Origin: an uncultured virus (IMG/VR IMGVR_UViG_3300001528_000074)
Taxonomy: Duplodnaviria; Heunggongvirae; Uroviricota; Caudoviricetes
Length of the DNA: 64,000 bases
Virus record (IMG/VR): IMGVR_UViG_3300001528_000074
Strand: one strand, 5' to 3'
Below, piece after piece: positions 58,935 to 64,000 of this stretch (positions within the stretch are counted from its first letter, which is position 1; each line of letters starts with the position of its first letter). The notes under the pieces were generated by a model that was given only the letters and a program-made list of their open reading frames with translations, searched no databases and was not told the DNA's origin. The translations under genes were made by a program, and so were the position numbers.

Positions 58935-59897
58935 CGATTATGTTATCGTTGAGCTTTTTATCTCAACTTCTACAACTTATATTGCTTCGTTGTAGTCCCG
59001 CATATATTTTCATCTGTTCTAGATGTCGGACACTCTTGGAGATATTATATTTATTCAATCTCTATGCTGTACGGTGATTCAGAACCTTTCGCAATTTCTG
59101 AATTTACCACGGTATTCTCGTCCCAGAGTTCACCGTATTTGCCCAATTGTAATCCATACTTTCCCAAGTATAGACGGCAATATTCTAAATATTTGTCATA
59201 TTTTCTTTGAAGAAATATTGTTGAATTTTTATACAGATAATTTGCAATGAAGAAACCTGTTTTGCCTTGAAAATACAATCCACTAACATTTTTAGCACAA
59301 TGTTTGATAATTTTATTTTCATATTGTAAAGGAAGCCAGTGTTGTATATTAGATAACATATCATAAGTTCCTAACATACTTAATGTAGCTCTGGTCTTAT
59401 CTTTGTCTTGGTATGACAGGCAACCATCTCCATCAACATACCCTCTTATAAAATGTCTTATTAATCGTTTATTACTAAATGTAGAAACATTTGGAAATTT
59501 TAATGTTAACGATTTTCTAGGAGTACATCCGTAAGATACTAATGTCTGCCACATATGTTTACTATTCCATCCTAAACGACAACGATCTCTCCCTTTGAAA
59601 TTAGTATTCCCTGTTCTCACAGGAGCTTCCATTTTCAAAGACTTTCTTAATTTTTCAAGATGATCTTTATCTTCTATTTTAAGACTAACTTCTATTCTAT
59701 AAAAAGGTTTAACGACACCTTTTATAATTCTTTCAGGTTTGCTTACACACCCATCTGCAAATAAAAATCCTAACCAATACGCCTTTTCTTCTGTATTTAT
59801 TTCATCAAAGAAATATTCGTCCTTCTCTTTTTTATACATGTTTTATTTTTATAACGTAATTCAAAAGAGCATGGTTGCAATTCACAAATATTTCATT
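58935..59897 (-). mobile_element. Group I intron (IA-like) in the helicase Walker A motif
   Basis: Exon ends in U (GGT) and intron ends in G. IGS TTGCCG (59175-59180) pairs with cggU|aa; P3 ttgggc/gtccga; P4 tacggt/accgtg; P7 gcata/tatgc; P7.1, P8 and P9 hairpins. Splicing restores AGISGSG|KSSF. Confidence 0.92.
59051..59839 (-). CDS. Intron-encoded double-motif LAGLIDADG homing endonuclease
   Basis: AYWLGFLFADGCV and HFIRGYVDGDGC motifs; LQRKY near the C-terminus. Confidence 0.88.
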   Translation of the reverse strand: MYKKEKDEYFFDEINTEEKAYWLGFLFADGCVSKPERIIKGVVKPFYRIEVSLKIEDKDHLEKLRKSLKMEAPVRTGNTNFKGRDRCRLGWNSKHMWQTLVSYGCTPRKSLTLKFPNVSTFSNKRLIRHFIRGYVDGDGCLSYQDKDKTRATLSMLGTYDMLSNIQHWLPLQYENKIIKHCAKNVSGLYFQGKTGFFIANYLYKNSTIFLQRKYDKYLEYCRLYLGKYGLQLGKYGELWDENTVVNSEIAKGSESPYSIEIE

Positions 59898-60098
59898 ACC
59901 GCTTCCTGAAATGCCAGCTACCGTCATAACTATATTAGACTCAATACCTCCCATACATACTTTGTTCAGCTTGCTCCAACGAGTTTTTAGTGAACAAATA
60001 TTATGTTCCTTACGTGCCTTAATATAATGTATAGCCTCGCTTACAACGGAGGACATAGGTCTATAAGGTAATTTATATGAGAGTTGTTCCATAAGCAT
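59898..60098 (-). CDS. dnaB: DnaB-like replicative helicase, exon 1 (spliced product ~311 aa)
   Basis: LKTRWSKLNKVCMGGIE...MTVAGISGSG is the first part of Walker A. Confidence 0.85.
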
Positions 60099-60639
60099 CA
60101 GATGTGTCTGTTATAACGTCGTTCATTTCCTCTTCAGTTTCTTCCCACTGATGATCTACTAACCATCTCCACATAGTCTTCATATAGCCAAGTTTTCCAG
60201 ATGCTGTTTTCTTGTCTACTTCATACTTAAGACAATTGTATAAATGTTCTGCCATAGCAGAACTATTGCCAACGTAAGTATTATAAAGATGTCTGCATTT
60301 ATTTACATTGGCCCTAAGGTACGATTTGGTACCATCAGGTCTAAGTACATAAACTGGGTATAGTTCATAGAACGTATCGAAAAAGGCCTTTTTAGGCAAA
60401 ATAATATTGCTCAGCATTTCGGTAGGTTCATAGACTATAGATCCACGTCTCTCTATCGACGTGATAAGTCCCTGATCGATTAAGTATGATATTTCGTCAT
60501 CGCTGATAAGGCTGATTAACTTGCGGACGTCTTGATTAGATTTTTGATTCTTATCCAATACCATACTCAGGAATACTAACTGATCTAAATTGATTTTTAC
60601 TGGTAAATCCAGTATTTTTGTATTCAATTCTATTATCAT
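60073..60639 (-). CDS. Putative replication initiator / helicase-loader-like protein
   Basis: Between PolB and helicase; FFDTFYELYP and YMKTMWRWL...W resemble phage replisome-organiser C-termini. Confidence 0.45.
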   Translation of the reverse strand: MIIELNTKILDLPVKINLDQLVFLSMVLDKNQKSNQDVRKLISLISDDEISYLIDQGLITSIERRGSIVYEPTEMLSNIILPKKAFFDTFYELYPVYVLRPDGTKSYLRANVNKCRHLYNTYVGNSSAMAEHLYNCLKYEVDKKTASGKLGYMKTMWRWLVDHQWEETEEEMNDVITDTSDAYGTTLI

Positions 60640-60668
60640 ACTCTACTCTAAGGTTACGATGATATAGA

Positions 60669-62552
60669 TTAGAACAATGATAGTTGTCTACACTTTAATT
60701 GTTCTACTATTTTACGTGCTTCTGCTACGTAATATGCATAATTGATGTGTCTGCATTTAATGTCTACATCATCATATTTGTTTAACAAAGTAACACCAGA
60801 TTTAGTTAATAGATTTGAATAAGACAATTGCCCCTTCTCTTCTTTAACTTTATACAGATAGCACCCGTTAGTGGATGCATAAAATCTATTAATCCTTTGT
60901 ACTTGTTTGTCGTTGTATTCGACTCTAAACTTCTTATCCACACGTTGCCCCATAACGAATTTACGAATGTCTGTGCATTTTCGTATGGTCTCTTCGATAG
61001 GAACACCGTCTGTGAAATATTTAATTACGGCTTCAGGTATGATGACTGGTGTGAGTCCTTTACCTAAAGATGTTTCCGTAATAAACATTCCCTTCCTTTC
61101 TATCAGTTTTGGGTCTCTGGATTGTGAGAACCCGTCAACGATACCAAAATAATCATTGACAGCATACTGATAAAACGCTTCATAACGATCTGCTTCAAAA
61201 GAGAGCATTGTTCGGCTTTCGAGCTCGGTGACCGATTCCTGAATACCACTCTCAAGACTCTTCTTGGCCACAAACATAACACCGTCTGTATTTACTTGCA
61301 CAATCCTGCAATTATACTGTAGAAGTATATCTACAAGCATAAGTAGAACCAATTGACCATTGATCCTAATCTTAAATACACTAAATGGATCATACATCCA
61401 ACTAGTCTCTTGTTGCATTTTCCCTGTAACAGAATTAAGAGTCAATTTTAGAGCAAGATTCTTAAGTTTCTGTCCGTTATGCTTGGCTTCAAGTCTCTCT
61501 TTATAGAGATTCTTGTAAACCTCGATTCCTGCATTACCTAAGTGCCTAGGAAACCACCCATAGCGCACAATAAATGATGGATACATGGAAGCTACATCCA
61601 AATGACCGATGTATTCATCATCTTTAGGTACGATTATTTCCGGGGTATTAATAGAATGGATACCTCCAACACCCACTGAAAACTGCGTATTTGCTAGAAC
61701 AAACTTCTTAGCATAGCCTTTGCGTTCTTTAGAGTAAACTATTTGCTCTTTCATTTCCTCAAGAACGTCTTGTAACATTTGGTTTTTGTAAGATATAACT
61801 GGAAGTATTACATCTTTAAGTGGAATATAATCCATAGGAGATCTCATATCTTTAAGCACGTTGTAACTTATATGTAATTGCTCACATACCTTTTTCGCTA
61901 TGATAGATTCTCCGAATTTTACACTATCCATAGACAATGCATTAATTCCGTACTCTTCTTCAATCCATAGTCTTAGTTTGATATCGCTTTCCTTCTTATT
62001 CAGAAGTTCTGTTGTTGACTCTACATCGTTGACATTGTAAAATATCATCTCGTCTATCTTTTCAGTAGCAAGAGGTTTTGTAAAATCACCATCAAACTCT
62101 AGTACATTTGGATAATGCATAGTCATTTGCATTTCCTTTAGTCCTACTCTTAACTTTGATGAAAGCATTATAGTAAGTATATCCATAGATTCAAAGAAGT
62201 GTGCGTATTTCCACCTTTTAAATTTAGAAGTATCTCCTTCATCAGACATGACTATTGTCTGAGATAGATTAAATATAGAATCACATACTCTCCATACTGG
62301 TGTATTAGATAATAACGAACTATACTCTATAATATAGTTAATCACAACATCATCATAATGGTGATTATTGTAACCACAAAACATATTCTTAATATCTAAG
62401 AAATATTTTGCCATATCATCCAATTCGTTCTTTCTTACAGAACATTCAAACTTCTTAAGTTCTCCCGTTTCTGTATTCTTACAAGTACAGTGAAATACGT
62501 TTGGAAATACTTCAATATCGTATACATTTACGACTTTGTTGTGTATTAACAT
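60669..62552 (-). CDS. DNA polymerase, family B
   Basis: Exo I YDIE, Exo II GYNNHHYD, Exo III YNVND; polymerase motifs DVASMYPS, KLTLNSVTG and NTDG. Confidence 0.9.
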   Translation of the reverse strand: MLIHNKVVNVYDIEVFPNVFHCTCKNTETGELKKFECSVRKNELDDMAKYFLDIKNMFCGYNNHHYDDVVINYIIEYSSLLSNTPVWRVCDSIFNLSQTIVMSDEGDTSKFKRWKYAHFFESMDILTIMLSSKLRVGLKEMQMTMHYPNVLEFDGDFTKPLATEKIDEMIFYNVNDVESTTELLNKKESDIKLRLWIEEEYGINALSMDSVKFGESIIAKKVCEQLHISYNVLKDMRSPMDYIPLKDVILPVISYKNQMLQDVLEEMKEQIVYSKERKGYAKKFVLANTQFSVGVGGIHSINTPEIIVPKDDEYIGHLDVASMYPSFIVRYGWFPRHLGNAGIEVYKNLYKERLEAKHNGQKLKNLALKLTLNSVTGKMQQETSWMYDPFSVFKIRINGQLVLLMLVDILLQYNCRIVQVNTDGVMFVAKKSLESGIQESVTELESRTMLSFEADRYEAFYQYAVNDYFGIVDGFSQSRDPKLIERKGMFITETSLGKGLTPVIIPEAVIKYFTDGVPIEETIRKCTDIRKFVMGQRVDKKFRVEYNDKQVQRINRFYASTNGCYLYKVKEEKGQLSYSNLLTKSGVTLLNKYDDVDIKCRHINYAYYVAEARKIVEQLKCRQLSLF

Positions 62553-62589
62553 GACTTATAGTTCTTGTTAATGGTTTGTGTTGTCATCT

Positions 62590-63510
62590 CTATGCAGCCA
62601 TTTGACCTCGTAGGGCTCCGAACTTATCATAGACTCTAAAACCTATGATACTTTCACCTTTCTGGGCATTTTTCAATGCTAACTGCAATTTCTTTTCAAT
62701 AAACTCTTTTGAAGGATAATTGGCTACATATCCAGCAAAAGGATATCCGTATATGTATGGGTCACATTCCTTCTCGAAAATGACTTTAGTTCCACTATAT
62801 CCATCTACTTTGTGTACACTGTACATTCTAATGTTTGGTGTACTGATTGGCTTACAATGATAATACTTTTCACTTAAGACATTACGAATATGTTCCAGAG
62901 CAATACTTCTTCTTGTCTTGTAGGAAGCCATAGTTTCCTCCGGAAATAGTGTAAAGGCTAACTCAACACTAGTCGGTACCGGGTGTTTCGCATCCCATTT
63001 AGCCATCTTATGAAGTTCGTACAGATGACACTTTTCAGCCAATCCCATACGAACACTTTCCCTATTTCTTCTACGATATATAGGAATGTTCGTATGTGCA
63101 TTCCATAAGAATTTACCATGGTGATCCGTCTTTTGGATTGGATGTCCGCCGGTATCCCTTACTAAAGGATGGTGTATGTTATACATTTCCTCCTTCGTAA
63201 GGCTCTTTGGAAGCTTCAATTTTCCAGCCTTTTTAGCCTCTCTAAGACGCTTTTCATACTCCTTTAGTATAATTGTGCGTCGCATGATTTTGCACGCTGT
63301 AGCGCCGTATTTGTAGCAATTTAGACGCTGCTGCTCATCTCTTACAGATGTCTTAGGAGCCTGGAAACGTTTTACTAACTGATCGATTGGTTCATATCCC
63401 AGTCTCATTGCAAACTGGTACCCTTTTGGAGTTGACATGAACTTCTTTATCTTATCTAACTCAGCATACTGAGTATTAAGGTCTTTTAATGCTTTAGTTA
63501 TACTTTTCAT
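62590..63510 (-). CDS. Basic hypothetical protein (likely start MKSITKALK at 63510)
   Basis: Long ORF; A-rich leader before ATG 63510; ends TAG followed by AGA TGA. Confidence 0.65.
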   Translation of the reverse strand: MKSITKALKDLNTQYAELDKIKKFMSTPKGYQFAMRLGYEPIDQLVKRFQAPKTSVRDEQQRLNCYKYGATACKIMRRTIILKEYEKRLREAKKAGKLKLPKSLTKEEMYNIHHPLVRDTGGHPIQKTDHHGKFLWNAHTNIPIYRRRNRESVRMGLAEKCHLYELHKMAKWDAKHPVPTSVELAFTLFPEETMASYKTRRSIALEHIRNVLSEKYYHCKPISTPNIRMYSVHKVDGYSGTKVIFEKECDPYIYGYPFAGYVANYPSKEFIEKKLQLALKNAQKGESIIGFRVYDKFGALRGQMAA

Positions 63511-63609
63511 ATTGATTATGTATTTAGTTAAACGGTGATTATAATTGGTCTCGATCCAATTCCATCTTTCGATGGCGCCCATCAGCATATATAATCTATT
63601 ATAATATTA

Positions 63610-64000
63610 TTAGCAAGTTACCATATCCTTAATGAAATCGTCATTATCAATAGTCAACGTAGCCTCGTTATTAAAACGAGCTATCTCCTCGTCAACCTTA
63701 TTGATCTCCAACTGAAGTTTATTCTTAATAGATCCAATCTTAGCCGAAGTAAATGTCTCTTTCTTGCCTGTTCCAGCTTTACCGGCTTTAGCTTTTGTAG
63801 CGGGATTAATAGTGGCTTTCTTAAGTATCTCCTCCCAGTGGGCAAGTTGCTCTTTTAGCTCACATGCTCTATAAATATTATAATAATGGGTTTTCTTTGC
63901 ATCATCATAATTAAACGTCTTAATACCATTATTAATGGCATTAAGCATGAGTTTAAGTTTGATTAGTGTCTCAGACATCTGTAGAATCTTATTGTACAAT
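63610..64000 (-). CDS. Hypothetical coiled-coil protein, 5'-partial
   Basis: Frame is open to the window edge; TAA at 63610-63612. Confidence 0.6.
   Translation of the reverse strand, partial: LYNKILQMSETLIKLKLMLNAINNGIKTFNYDDAKKTHYYNIYRACELKEQLAHWEEILKKATINPATKAKAGKAGTGKKETFTSAKIGSIKNKLQLEINKVDEEIARFNNEATLTIDNDDFIKDMVTC

Noticed and set aside
58935..59897. Intein in the DnaB-like helicase
   Set aside because: The LAGLIDADG ORF is in a different frame with its own start and stop and has no intein termini. A group I RNA core is present instead.
52960..61152. Short + strand ORFs opposite the replication genes (e.g. 52960-53448, 56254-56496)
   Set aside because: They overlap well-supported - strand genes and show no recognisable protein features.
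61420..61460. PolB motif KLTLNSVTG lacking the usual Tyr of KxxxNSxYG, as a sign of altered nucleotide use
   Set aside because: All catalytic Asp motifs are intact, and without an alignment this cannot be distinguished from ordinary lineage variation.
1..64000. CRISPR array, rRNA, integrase or IS element
   Set aside because: No regularly spaced repeats, rRNA-like sequence, or transposase/integrase motifs were seen.

Overview
This is a 64 kb segment of a crAss-like (Crassvirales) phage of a Bacteroidota host, organised as two convergent blocks. The + strand (1-52891) carries late/virion genes: scaffold-like protein, major capsid protein, ring proteins, a fibre cluster, a five-gene cassette of unknown function, lysis genes, IHF-like protein, tail tube, muzzle, cargo proteins, a ~5,727-aa virion RNA polymerase polyprotein and a ~1,909-aa zincin-motif protein. 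The - strand (52615-64000) carries replication genes: PolB, DnaB-like helicase, AAA ATPase, SSB-like protein, primase and two PD-(D/E)XK nucleases. The fragmented ORF track on the + strand is an artefact of the genetic code. By manual count about 80 in-frame TAG codons in 18 genes read through cleanly to TAA/TGA (TAG=Gln, code 15), while the - strand genes have no internal TAG. Two group I introns with fully traceable cores are present: one in the capsid gene (HNH endonuclease) and one in the helicase Walker A motif (LAGLIDADG endonuclease in the P1 loop). A small ncRNA cluster near 56.0-56.3 kb includes a degenerate tRNA-Asn and a tRNA-shaped RNA with no anticodon arm. All product calls rest on visible motifs and gene order, not on database searches.
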